This document shows, one piece after another, positions 1 through 7,500 of a stretch of DNA of 31,803 bases. Under the pieces are notes generated by a model that ran no database searches, was not told the origin of the DNA, and was given only the letters and a program-made list of their open reading frames with translations. The stretch lies in the IMG/VR virus record IMGVR_UViG_3300025870_000044, positions 1 to 31,803 of that record; one strand, written 5' to 3'. The translations under genes were made by a program, and so were the position numbers. Numbering within the stretch: the first letter of the stretch is position 1; every line of letters begins with the position of its first letter. The stretch comes from a virus.

Positions 1-127
1 TAGCTGTAGCTGGATTTCCTAATAATTACAGTATGAATTTTGATTCTGCAAGCGGGGATTATATAAATGCTGGAAGCTCTTTAGATGTAACTGGCACAAT
101 AACTTTTTCAGCTTGGATAAATATAGA
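1..127. repeat. Terminal direct repeat, copy 1. It is identical to 31677-31803, so the window closes into a 31,676-bp unit.
   Basis: Compared by eye base by base. tagctgtagctggatttcct...cagcttggataaatataga occurs at both ends with no mismatch. Confidence 0.95.
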
Positions 128-629
128 CTCAGCAGCAACTGGAGGAAATATATTATTTAGCTCTGGAACTACATCTGGAAATCATATACAAATAGGATAT
201 AATAGAGGAGGTTATGAAGGTAGAATATTAGTTTCTACTACTGCTTCATACTGGGATACTGATAATAGTGTAATGAGTTCTGTGTTAAGTTTAAATACTT
301 GGTATCATTTAGTTGTTACTAAAGTTTGGGATGGCTCAGACAATGTAAATAATATATATATAAATGGTTCTTTAGATTCTTCAAGTCCATCTATAGGAAA
401 CTATTGGGGAGCAAACACAACAACAAATACTCTTATCGGTGTTGGTGGTTCAGCATTTTTACAATATAAATATTTTGATGGAAAAATGGACGAACTTGCA
501 GTCTGGAACACAGCTCTAACATCTACACAAGTAGCAGAGATATATAACGGAACAGGAACTAATTTAACTAAAGACTTAACCACAGTATCAGGTTCAAACC
601 TAATTTACTGGAATAGAATGGGAGATTAA
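1..629 (+). CDS. 3' part of the wrap-around fibre gene that starts at 29876. It encodes the C-terminal LamG / concanavalin-A-like lectin module.
   Basis: The frame is open from base 3 with no upstream stop and matches the frame of 29876..31803 through the repeat. LamG (Laminin_G_3-type) hallmarks: TFSAWINI, WYHLVVTK, IYINGSL, FDGKMDELAVWNTALTSTQVAEIYN. Stop is TAA at 627-629. Confidence 0.8.
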   Translation, partial: AVAGFPNNYSMNFDSASGDYINAGSSLDVTGTITFSAWINIDSAATGGNILFSSGTTSGNHIQIGYNRGGYEGRILVSTTASYWDTDNSVMSSVLSLNTWYHLVVTKVWDGSDNVNNIYINGSLDSSSPSIGNYWGANTTTNTLIGVGGSAFLQYKYFDGKMDELAVWNTALTSTQVAEIYNGTGTNLTKDLTTVSGSNLIYWNRMGD

Positions 630-631
630 TT

Positions 632-2815
632 ATGAGTACACAGTTTACAAATAGACAATGGCGTTTGCCTAACAATGAGAATAAAGACAAGCAGAGTAAC
701 TATTCTATGAACTGTATTCCTAATGCAGCAATAAATATATCATCTCCAGTTGAAGTAGGTATAACAAGTTCATTTTCTTTTTGGTTAAAAAGAACAAATA
801 ATACAGCGATTAGTCAGCCTTATAGAGTTGTTGGGAATGGACTTTATGGAATGTATATTTCTTCGAGTGCTATGTATGTAAGATATGGTGGTGCTGCAAT
901 AACCATTAACAACACAGAAACTTTAAATGCTATTGCTTTAACTGATTGGGTTCATTGGGTAATAACAAGAGAAGAAGTAACATCAACTACTCAAGATGTT
1001 AGATTATATGCAAATGGAAGTTTAGTTTATTCTTTAAATGGAACATTAGGTTTAGGGACTTTAGATTCAAAAGTAGATGTTTTAATGTGGTCATTACAAA
1101 CTACAGATTTTATGGATGGCTTTGCTATTTTTGACTACGCACTTTCTTCAAGCCAAGTAACAACTCTTTATGGTTCAAGCTCTACTGGTATAGGTAATCC
1201 AATGAGTTTATCTCCAAAACCAGTTGCTTACTATCCTTTAGGAGACCAAGATGCTTTTAATGGAGCAGATTATTTAGTGCCTAATAGTTCTCTGAAAGAT
1301 TATGTTTTTGATTTTGCAAATTCTAATATTGAAGTTGATAGTATAGGAGATTTATTTAGTGGTATTACAAATTTTAGTTTTTCGGGATGGTTTAATTTAA
1401 CTTCTTTTGTTAGCCAGCAAGTTTTTAACATTTTAGAAGGTAGTAATTGGAAATTTGGAATTAACACATATAACTATCAATTAAGATTTAATGTAAATCC
1501 TGGAGTTGCTTATATTGCTAGTTTACAAAATATAACAAGTACAAATACTTGGTTTCATTATGCAGGTGTTTTTGATGGTTCTGGAGCTTCTGACACTGAT
1601 AGATTAAAACTATATATTAATGGACAACCTCAAACAGTAACATATAGTATTACCACACCAACCTCATTTCCTACATTACTTTCAACTGCTGATATTTCTA
1701 TAGGTGGTTCTTTAGCTCCATTTAATGGAATGACTGGTAAAGCAAGTAATATACAACTATGGGATACAAATTTATCTTCTACAGAAATAGAAACTCTTTA
1801 TAATAATGGCTCACCATATACAGGAACGCAACCTCAAAACTCTAATCTTCAGGGCTGGTGGAAATTAAACGCTTCTGCTACTTATGATTCATCAACTACA
1901 ACTTGGACTATACCTGATGACAGTACAAACTCAAACGATGGCACAAGCTCAGGAATGACACAAGCCAATTTAGTACAAAGTGATTTAAGTTTTACAAGTG
2001 GTTACTCTCCTTATGCTTTAGATTTTGATGCTGCAAGTAGTGATTTAATACAAATTAATAACGGAAGTTCTTTGACTAATGGTTTTTCTGAATTAACTGT
2101 TTCTATATGGGCTAATTTTTCTTCTAATTTAAGTCAACAGCAAATAATAAGTAAAGATGATACTTCTCAAAGAAGTTGGATTTTAAGAAAATTATCAAGT
2201 GGAGTAAATTTTTTAGTTTCAACTGATGGTACAAGTGCTTCACAAACTTTATTTTATCCTTCAAGTAGTATAACTATAGGTAAATGGTATCATTTTGTTG
2301 GTATTTATGATGGTTCTAAATTACTACTTTATGTCGACGGCGTTTTAATAGATGACTCAGTTAGTTTAACAGGAAGTTTACCAAGTACAACATCAGGACT
2401 TTTTATAGGTTCATATGGCTTTAATAACAATACAACTTTTGATGGCTCTCTTTCAAACGCTTCAATCTGGAACACCGCTTTAACATCTGCGCAAGTAACA
2501 GAAATTTATAACGAAGGCGTACCATCTAACCTAAACAACCATAGTGCCTATTCAAACTTAGTAAGCTGGTGGCAGTTGGGAAGTAATAGTTCTTTTAATA
2601 CTAACTGGACTGTATTAGATGAAAAAGGTAGTAACAATGGAACTTCTACAAATATGGGAGAGGATGCTATAGTAGATGGTGTTGGTAGTTATGCCAATGG
2701 TTTAAGCTCTGGAATGGGAGGAGATGAAGTTATAGGAGATGCTCCGTTTTCAGATGCAAATTCTCTTAGTGTGAATATGGACGTTTTAGACCGCGTAGAG
2801 GACACGCCGTCGTGA
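632..2815 (+). CDS. Second fibre / receptor-binding protein carrying three tandem LamG-like lectin modules (727 aa).
   Basis: The LamG pattern recurs three times. Module 1: SFSFWLK..WVHWVITRE..LYANGSL..FDYALSSSQVTTLYG. Module 2: FSFSGWFNL..WFHYAGVFDG..LYINGQP..IQLWDTNLSSTEIETLYNNG. Module 3: TVSIWANF..WYHFVGIYDG..LYVDGVL..ASIWNTALTSAQVTEIYNEG. The start lies 2 nt after the upstream stop. Confidence 0.75.
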   Translation: MSTQFTNRQWRLPNNENKDKQSNYSMNCIPNAAINISSPVEVGITSSFSFWLKRTNNTAISQPYRVVGNGLYGMYISSSAMYVRYGGAAITINNTETLNAIALTDWVHWVITREEVTSTTQDVRLYANGSLVYSLNGTLGLGTLDSKVDVLMWSLQTTDFMDGFAIFDYALSSSQVTTLYGSSSTGIGNPMSLSPKPVAYYPLGDQDAFNGADYLVPNSSLKDYVFDFANSNIEVDSIGDLFSGITNFSFSGWFNLTSFVSQQVFNILEGSNWKFGINTYNYQLRFNVNPGVAYIASLQNITSTNTWFHYAGVFDGSGASDTDRLKLYINGQPQTVTYSITTPTSFPTLLSTADISIGGSLAPFNGMTGKASNIQLWDTNLSSTEIETLYNNGSPYTGTQPQNSNLQGWWKLNASATYDSSTTTWTIPDDSTNSNDGTSSGMTQANLVQSDLSFTSGYSPYALDFDAASSDLIQINNGSSLTNGFSELTVSIWANFSSNLSQQQIISKDDTSQRSWILRKLSSGVNFLVSTDGTSASQTLFYPSSSITIGKWYHFVGIYDGSKLLLYVDGVLIDDSVSLTGSLPSTTSGLFIGSYGFNNNTTFDGSLSNASIWNTALTSAQVTEIYNEGVPSNLNNHSAYSNLVSWWQLGSNSSFNTNWTVLDEKGSNNGTSTNMGEDAIVDGVGSYANGLSSGMGGDEVIGDAPFSDANSLSVNMDVLDRVEDTPS

Positions 2816-2840
2816 AGTTAAAATTTTAAAATAAATAAAA

Positions 2841-3092
2841 ATGAATAGTAAAAGTTATATAGTAATTAGTCTAAATGATACGGATAGCGTGCTTTTTTCT
2901 CAGGTTTCACAATCTTCTGCACAAAGTATGAGAAGAAACTTAGCAAACACTCAAGGTTTATTGAGCTATAGTATTACACCAAGTTTTATTTCAGATGGTT
3001 CTGTAGTGCCTGTTGGTGATGTTATGAACCAAACAGAAGCTCTTGAATTATTGCAAACCTCTGCTTGGAGTGAGCCAATACCAGAAGAATGA
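2841..3092 (+). CDS. Hypothetical protein (83 aa).
   Basis: ORF with ATG start in the same orientation as its neighbours. No recognisable motif. Confidence 0.45.
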   Translation: MNSKSYIVISLNDTDSVLFSQVSQSSAQSMRRNLANTQGLLSYSITPSFISDGSVVPVGDVMNQTEALELLQTSAWSEPIPEE

Positions 3093-3220
3093 GAAAAGCT
3101 ACAATATTAAAAAAATACAAGCCTAAGAAAAAGCGTAAAGGAATCCACGCTAAGACTAAAACGTCTACGACTAAAGGTTCTAAATTGTATGTAAAGAAGT
3201 ATAATGGACAAGGTAAATAG
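3089..3220 (+). CDS. Micro-ORF encoding a 43-aa extremely basic peptide (MRKATILKKYKPKKKRKGIHAKTKTSTTKGSKLYVKKYNGQGK).
   Basis: Hand-translated; below the ORF-track size cutoff. Its ATG overlaps the upstream stop (ATGA at 3089-3092). About 40% of residues are Lys/Arg. Confidence 0.35.
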   Translation: MRKATILKKYKPKKKRKGIHAKTKTSTTKGSKLYVKKYNGQGK

Positions 3221-3524
3221 TATAAAAATGGATGACCACAGTTTATTAATAGCTTTAATTTCAGCTTTAGGAATTAAAGAAATTTGGAACATAATAAAGC
3301 AGAAAATAGACATAGGAGATAAAAGAGAACAACGCCAGGACTCTTTACAAGCCCAGGTCATAATGCAATTAAAAGACAAAATAGAATCTTTAGAGTCTAG
3401 AATTGATGTGTTAATACAAGAAAATACACAACTAAGAGAAAAACTTGCAAGAGTTGAGGAGCGTTTAATACTAAACGCAAAAAAAAAAGTCAATAGAAAA
3501 ATAAAAAGAGATGAGGGAAATTGA
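3204..3524 (+). CDS. Membrane-anchored coiled-coil protein at the head of the lysis cassette. It could be a holin-associated, antiholin-like or spanin-like factor.
   Basis: N-terminal hydrophobic stretch HSLLIALISALGI followed by a heptad-like charged helix (LKDKIESLESRIDVLIQENTQLREKLARVEERL). It overlaps the endolysin start by 14 nt. Confidence 0.45.
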   Translation: MDKVNSIKMDDHSLLIALISALGIKEIWNIIKQKIDIGDKREQRQDSLQAQVIMQLKDKIESLESRIDVLIQENTQLREKLARVEERLILNAKKKVNRKIKRDEGN

Positions 3525-3924
3525 TAAAATTATAGTTCATTGCTCTGCTACAAGAGAAGGTCAAGACATACCAGTTGAAACTATTAAGAAATGGCATGTT
3601 GAAGGACGTGGCTGGTCAGACATTGGCTATCATTTTTATATAGAATTAGATGGCACTATTAAAAAAGGTAGAGACATACAAAAAATTGGGGCTCATTGTT
3701 CAAAAAATAATCGTAGTTCAATTGGGATTTGTTATTGTGGAGGAGTTGAGGCAGATGGTAAAACACCTAAAGACACTAGAACAGAAAGTCAAAAAGAAAG
3801 TCTATTACATGTACTTAAAACATTAAAAGCAATGTTTCCAGAGTCTACTATTTACTCACATAATGAGTTTGCAAATAAAGCCTGTCCATCATTTGACGCT
3901 ACAAATGAGTATAAAGATTTATAA
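3511..3924 (+). CDS. Endolysin: N-acetylmuramoyl-L-alanine amidase, Amidase_2 / PGRP fold (T7 lysozyme type).
   Basis: Family motifs IIVHCSAT, GYHFYI, NRSSIGICYCGG and SHNEFANKACPSFD, including the His/His/Cys zinc-ligand positions. Confidence 0.85.
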   Translation: MREIDKIIVHCSATREGQDIPVETIKKWHVEGRGWSDIGYHFYIELDGTIKKGRDIQKIGAHCSKNNRSSIGICYCGGVEADGKTPKDTRTESQKESLLHVLKTLKAMFPESTIYSHNEFANKACPSFDATNEYKDL

Positions 3925-4365
3925 GTGAAGAAACTAAAAGACACTAAAATAGGATTATTACTAAAAGAAAAAGCACCTAAAATTTTAGATTTAATTGGAG
4001 ATGTTTTACCTTCTAGTGGTACTATGGGAATATTAAAAAACATTATTTCTAAAGACCCTGACTTAACACCTGAAGAAAAAAAAGAACTACATAATAGAGT
4101 TATAGAACTATATAAACTAGAAGTAGCAGACAGAGACTCAGCTAGAAGCAGAGAAGTAGAAATCTCAAAGGTTAGAAAGTTTGATTTTATGTTTAATTTA
4201 ACTGGTTTAGTTGGGTTAGGAACTTTTGTTTTTTTAGTTTATTGTATTGTTTATATTACAATTCCAGAGAGTAACGAGAAAACATTTTACACTCTAATAG
4301 GTTTATGTGAGGGGATTGTTCTTTCTATTTTTGGTTTTTACTTTGGAAGTATAGCAAAAAAGTAA
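3925..4365 (+). CDS. Putative holin / lysis membrane protein (146 aa, GTG start).
   Basis: Two C-terminal hydrophobic helices (FMFNLTGLVGLGTFVFLVYCIVYITIP and FYTLIGLCEGIVLSIFGFYFGSI). It starts immediately after the endolysin stop. Confidence 0.45.
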   Translation: MKKLKDTKIGLLLKEKAPKILDLIGDVLPSSGTMGILKNIISKDPDLTPEEKKELHNRVIELYKLEVADRDSARSREVEISKVRKFDFMFNLTGLVGLGTFVFLVYCIVYITIPESNEKTFYTLIGLCEGIVLSIFGFYFGSIAKK

Positions 4366-4410
4366 ATTAAATATTTTTATTATATTTACAAAAACCAACA
4401 CTAAAGAATT

Positions 4411-5463
4411 TTGAAATCTCATAATAAAAGGTGGAAAGACAAAGGTAACCCACGCTACAGACTAAACCAAGACGAAGCAGAAATAATAAACAACTACAGA
4501 CGAGCCATTCAAGAATGTGAAAAAGAAGGGTTAGACCCTCAGACTTTACATAGTGGATGGATTAAGAATGACAACGCTAGTCTATATTTTAAGCAACCTA
4601 AACCACAAGAAAAAGACTTTAAGAAACTAGCTAAAGAAGTTATAGAAGAGGCTAAACAGTATTCCCCTAAATACCCTAAACTAAATTATAAGAAATATAC
4701 AGACGGACATTTATTATTTATGTGTCCAAGTGACTTGCATATAGGGAAACTCTGTAGGTCTTTTGTAAGTGGTGAGGAGTATAACAATCAAATAGCAGTT
4801 ACAAGGGCTTTAGAAGGTGTTAGAGGATGTTTAGCAAAGTCTCAAGGGTTTAACATAGATAAGACTATTCTATTACTCTCAGGAGACTTATTACATGTAG
4901 ATAATTTTAACATGACTACTACAAATTCAACCAGACAAGATAGTGATGGTTTGCTAAGTGACCATTTTCTAATAGCAAAAAGGTTGATGGTTGAAATAAT
5001 AGAAATGTTGTTACAAGTCTCTAAGGTTCACGTAATGTTTACACCTGGTAATCATGACAATACTGTGGGGTGGATGGTTGCAGAGTTGTTAGCTGCATGG
5101 TTTAGGCATAATAAAGCTGTTACTTTTGATGTTAGTTTGCAGATGCGTAAATACTACAAGTACAAAAACAACTTAATTTCTTCGTGTCATGGTCATAAAA
5201 TTAAGGCTGACACGTTACCAATGATAGTAGCTGACGAATGTGCAGACTGGTCTAGCACTAAATACAGATACATGTTTACTCAGCACATACATCACAAAGT
5301 AAGTAAGCAATATCCAGGACTCTGGGTGGAGTCTCTTATGTCAACGTCAGAACAAGACTATTGGCATCACACCTCAGGCTATCAAAGTTCAAATAACAAA
5401 GCTATAGAAGCATTTTTATTTAGTGAATTTGGACAAATTGCTAGAATAACACACCTCTTTTAA
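4411..5463 (+). CDS. Calcineurin-like metallophosphoesterase, Mre11/SbcD-like (350 aa; apparent TTG start).
   Basis: All five phosphoesterase motifs occur in order: SDLHIG, SGDLLHVDN, PGNHDN, CHGHK, QHIHH. There is no in-frame ATG upstream of motif I, so the non-ATG start is uncertain. Confidence 0.7.
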   Translation: MKSHNKRWKDKGNPRYRLNQDEAEIINNYRRAIQECEKEGLDPQTLHSGWIKNDNASLYFKQPKPQEKDFKKLAKEVIEEAKQYSPKYPKLNYKKYTDGHLLFMCPSDLHIGKLCRSFVSGEEYNNQIAVTRALEGVRGCLAKSQGFNIDKTILLLSGDLLHVDNFNMTTTNSTRQDSDGLLSDHFLIAKRLMVEIIEMLLQVSKVHVMFTPGNHDNTVGWMVAELLAAWFRHNKAVTFDVSLQMRKYYKYKNNLISSCHGHKIKADTLPMIVADECADWSSTKYRYMFTQHIHHKVSKQYPGLWVESLMSTSEQDYWHHTSGYQSSNNKAIEAFLFSEFGQIARITHLF

Positions 5464-5548
5464 CAATCGTTTGTTAATAAAGTTTCTTTAATTTGTATTT
5501 ATATTTATAAATATATTTATATATTTGACTAAATTATAAAATTAAAAT
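5464..5548 (+). promoter_or_regulatory. AT-rich intergenic region ahead of the early block. It holds a candidate Bacteroidota-type -7 promoter box and a palindromic operator.
   Basis: TATATTTG at 5520-5527 matches the TAnnTTTG -7 consensus. A perfect 16-bp palindrome, TATATTTATAAATATA, lies at 5500-5515. An RHH regulator gene starts at 5549. Confidence 0.35.
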
Positions 5549-5701
5549 ATGTCAGATTTAAAATATACTATGAGAACATTTTATGTTCCAGCAGACAAAT
5601 TAGAAACTCTAGTAAAATTTCAAAATAAATGTAAAGAGTTAGGACATAAGTCTTATTCTAAGGTTTTACTAAAACTTATGGAGGACTTTAATGATGGATA
5701 A
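5549..5701 (+). CDS. Ribbon-helix-helix (Arc/CopG-like) DNA-binding protein, 50 aa.
   Basis: Hand-translated: MSDLKYTMRTFYVPADKLETLVKFQNKCKELGHKSYSKVLLKLMEDFNDG. The layout is short beta strand (RTFYVP), helix, G, helix, as in RHH proteins. It is the first gene after an intergenic region. Confidence 0.45.
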   Translation: MSDLKYTMRTFYVPADKLETLVKFQNKCKELGHKSYSKVLLKLMEDFNDG

Positions 5702-6020
5702 ATACGAGTTTTACTACAGGCAGAAACAAGAATGGGACTATTGGCAAGCTAACCAAAGACACAACTTTTTAAGTGACAGACTTCTAGCTATTATAAGTCA
5801 GGTCCAATGGAATAAAGGTATTTTAAAAAGAGTCAAACTTAGTGACAATGACCTAGAAATCCATCAAAATAGATTTAGTAATTTAATAACTGAGGTTGTT
5901 AAAATATCTATTGAGCTAAAAGAATTAGCTATCAATTACAATCCAAAGAGGATGAAACAATTAATAATAATATTAACCAAAATTAAAAATCACAACAATG
6001 AACCAATTGAAAACAGTTGA
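5691..6020 (+). CDS. Hypothetical protein (109 aa), probably helical.
   Basis: ORF overlapping the RHH gene end. No motif recognised. Confidence 0.4.
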   Translation: MMDKYEFYYRQKQEWDYWQANQRHNFLSDRLLAIISQVQWNKGILKRVKLSDNDLEIHQNRFSNLITEVVKISIELKELAINYNPKRMKQLIIILTKIKNHNNEPIENS

Positions 6021-6345
6021 CATAAAAGGTAAAGCCTACGTCACAGTAAACGAGAGAATTAAATATTTTAGAGAAAAATTTACAGGATATTCAATGACCT
6101 CAGAAATAACTCACATTAACGATAATGGAGTAATAATTAAAACAACTATCAAAAACGATGCTGGAATAGAAGTAGCTTCTGGACATGCACACGAAAAGCA
6201 GAACTCTACTTTTATTAATAAGACTTCTTTTATTGAAAACTGTGAGACTTCAAGCTGGGGTAGATGTTTGGCTAACTTTGGAATAGGAGTAGATTCTAAC
6301 GTAGCAAGTGCAGACGAAGTAGCTAACGCAATTAAAAACCAATAA
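5998..6345 (+). CDS. Possible recombination / ssDNA-annealing accessory protein (115 aa).
   Basis: Placed directly upstream of the exonuclease gene. The pattern KGKAYVTVNERIKYFR...ENCETSSWGRCLANFGIG...ASADEV recalls small phage recombination-module proteins. Family assignment was not verifiable here. Confidence 0.3.
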   Translation: MNQLKTVDIKGKAYVTVNERIKYFREKFTGYSMTSEITHINDNGVIIKTTIKNDAGIEVASGHAHEKQNSTFINKTSFIENCETSSWGRCLANFGIGVDSNVASADEVANAIKNQ

Positions 6346-6346
6346 G

Positions 6347-7006
6347 ATGAAAGAATTTAAAATAAGATGTTCTGCTATTGGTAAAATAATGACCAATCCT
6401 AGAAGTAAAACGGAAACACTATCTAAAACAACTAAAACTTATTTAGAGGAGTGGAGTAAAGAGCAAATTTATAACCGTAAAAAAGAGGTATTTAGTAAGT
6501 ACATAGACAAAGGAAACGCTGTAGAAGTAGAGTCTTTAGGTTTTATTTCTAAAGAATTAGACATTCCTAGTTTAGTAAAAAATGAAGAGTCTTTTGAAAA
6601 TGGCTTTTTAACAGGAACTCCAGACGCTATTTTAGATGAATATATAATAGACGTGAAAAATAGTTGGGATTGTTTTAGCTTTCCTCTATACTTTAATAGT
6701 GTACCTAACAAAGACTATTACTGGCAAGCTCAGGGCTACATGGCTTTAACTGACATAGACAGGTATAAATTAATCTATACACTAATGGACACACCTGAGG
6801 AGTTAATTCAAAGAGAATACTTTGGAGACGAAAGCACTGATTTAGTAGAGTTTGCTAGTAAATATAAATATTCTAATATAGACTCTAGATATAGAATTAA
6901 AGTGTTTGAAATCTATAGAAACGAAGAGGACATAAGAAAGATTTATGACAGAGTTGTAGAGTGTAGGTCTTATTTAAAAAGCCTTTGGGTAGACTTAAAC
7001 TTTTAG
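6347..7006 (+). CDS. PD-(D/E)XK exonuclease (YqaJ / lambda-Exo-like phage-type nuclease).
   Basis: N-terminal RCSAIGKIMT motif and catalytic-core-like GTPDAILDEYIIDVKNS (D...D/E-x-K), followed by YYWQAQGY. Confidence 0.6.
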   Translation: MKEFKIRCSAIGKIMTNPRSKTETLSKTTKTYLEEWSKEQIYNRKKEVFSKYIDKGNAVEVESLGFISKELDIPSLVKNEESFENGFLTGTPDAILDEYIIDVKNSWDCFSFPLYFNSVPNKDYYWQAQGYMALTDIDRYKLIYTLMDTPEELIQREYFGDESTDLVEFASKYKYSNIDSRYRIKVFEIYRNEEDIRKIYDRVVECRSYLKSLWVDLNF

Positions 7007-7009
7007 ATT

Positions 7010-7165
7010 ATGAAAAAATTTGCTATAATTGGAGGATTAAGTTTAATGACTGCTGGCACTACTAGCATGTTATGGCACAAACAAAAACTAAATTTTAACC
7101 CTAACACATTCGCAATAGCTACGGGAGGTTTTTTTGTAGCTGTAGGAATAACCTATAAATTTTAA
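7010..7165 (+). CDS. Micro-ORF: 51-aa membrane protein with two hydrophobic segments.
   Basis: Hand-translated: MKKFAIIGGLSLMTAGTTSMLWHKQKLNFNPNTFAIATGGFFVAVGITYKF. It fills the gap between 7006 and 7168 exactly. Confidence 0.4.
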   Translation: MKKFAIIGGLSLMTAGTTSMLWHKQKLNFNPNTFAIATGGFFVAVGITYKF

Positions 7166-7167
7166 TT

Positions 7168-7473
7168 ATGAAATATAAAAACACTGACTATATATATTAT
7201 AAATCAGAAACTAAAATTAGATTTGATTTTTTAAAAGTAATGCCTGTATATAAATGGCAATATTGTCATGAGGTTTTAGTAAAACAAAAAGGCATTTATT
7301 GTGATGGCTGTTTTACTCAATTTTTAAAAGAGTTTGAACTTTATGGAATTAATACAGATGAAATAGTTAAATTAAATTGTTTGGAAAAAACCCAAAAAAA
7401 CAAACTAATAAAATTAATTGAAAGACTAAGGAAAGAAAGTAAAAAGTCAACTTCTGAGACTTGGTTAGTATAA
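7168..7473 (+). CDS. Hypothetical protein (101 aa) with a Cys/His cluster.
   Basis: ORF containing YCHEVLVKQKGIYCDGC, a possible small metal-binding motif. Confidence 0.4.
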   Translation: MKYKNTDYIYYKSETKIRFDFLKVMPVYKWQYCHEVLVKQKGIYCDGCFTQFLKEFELYGINTDEIVKLNCLEKTQKNKLIKLIERLRKESKKSTSETWLV

Positions 7474-7500
7474 AAATAATAAACAATAAATAAATAAACA

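Noticed and set aside
1-127. The 127-bp end duplication as a biological direct terminal repeat or mobile-element boundary.
   Set aside because: It lies inside a coding region, is perfectly identical, and its size is typical of a k-mer overlap on a circular assembly. Real DTRs are usually non-coding. This needs a read-coverage check.
33-629. The track's 198-aa ORF as an independent gene starting at ATG 33.
   Set aside because: The frame is open upstream to base 3 and continues the ORF from 29876 through the 127-bp end duplication. It is the C-terminus of the 809-aa fibre, not a separate gene. Internal initiation cannot be excluded, but nothing supports it.
33-2815. A diversity-generating retroelement acting on the LamG fibre tips.
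   Set aside because: There is no reverse transcriptase gene anywhere in the 31.7 kb. There is also no template/variable repeat pair with adenine-specific differences. The LamG copies are ordinary diverged paralogues.
3479-3511. An A10 run near the end of 3204..3524 as a slippage site fusing that ORF to the endolysin.
   Set aside because: The endolysin frame contains a TAA at 3502-3504 between the A-run and the amidase ATG, so no fusion product is possible. It remains a possible homopolymer sequencing-error hotspot.
5549-6020. The RHH gene plus the overlapping 109-aa ORF as a type II toxin-antitoxin module.
   Set aside because: The gene order and overlap fit, but the 109-aa product shows no RelE/ParE/PIN/Doc-like features that I can recognise. 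Its position as the first early operon genes favours a transcriptional regulator role.
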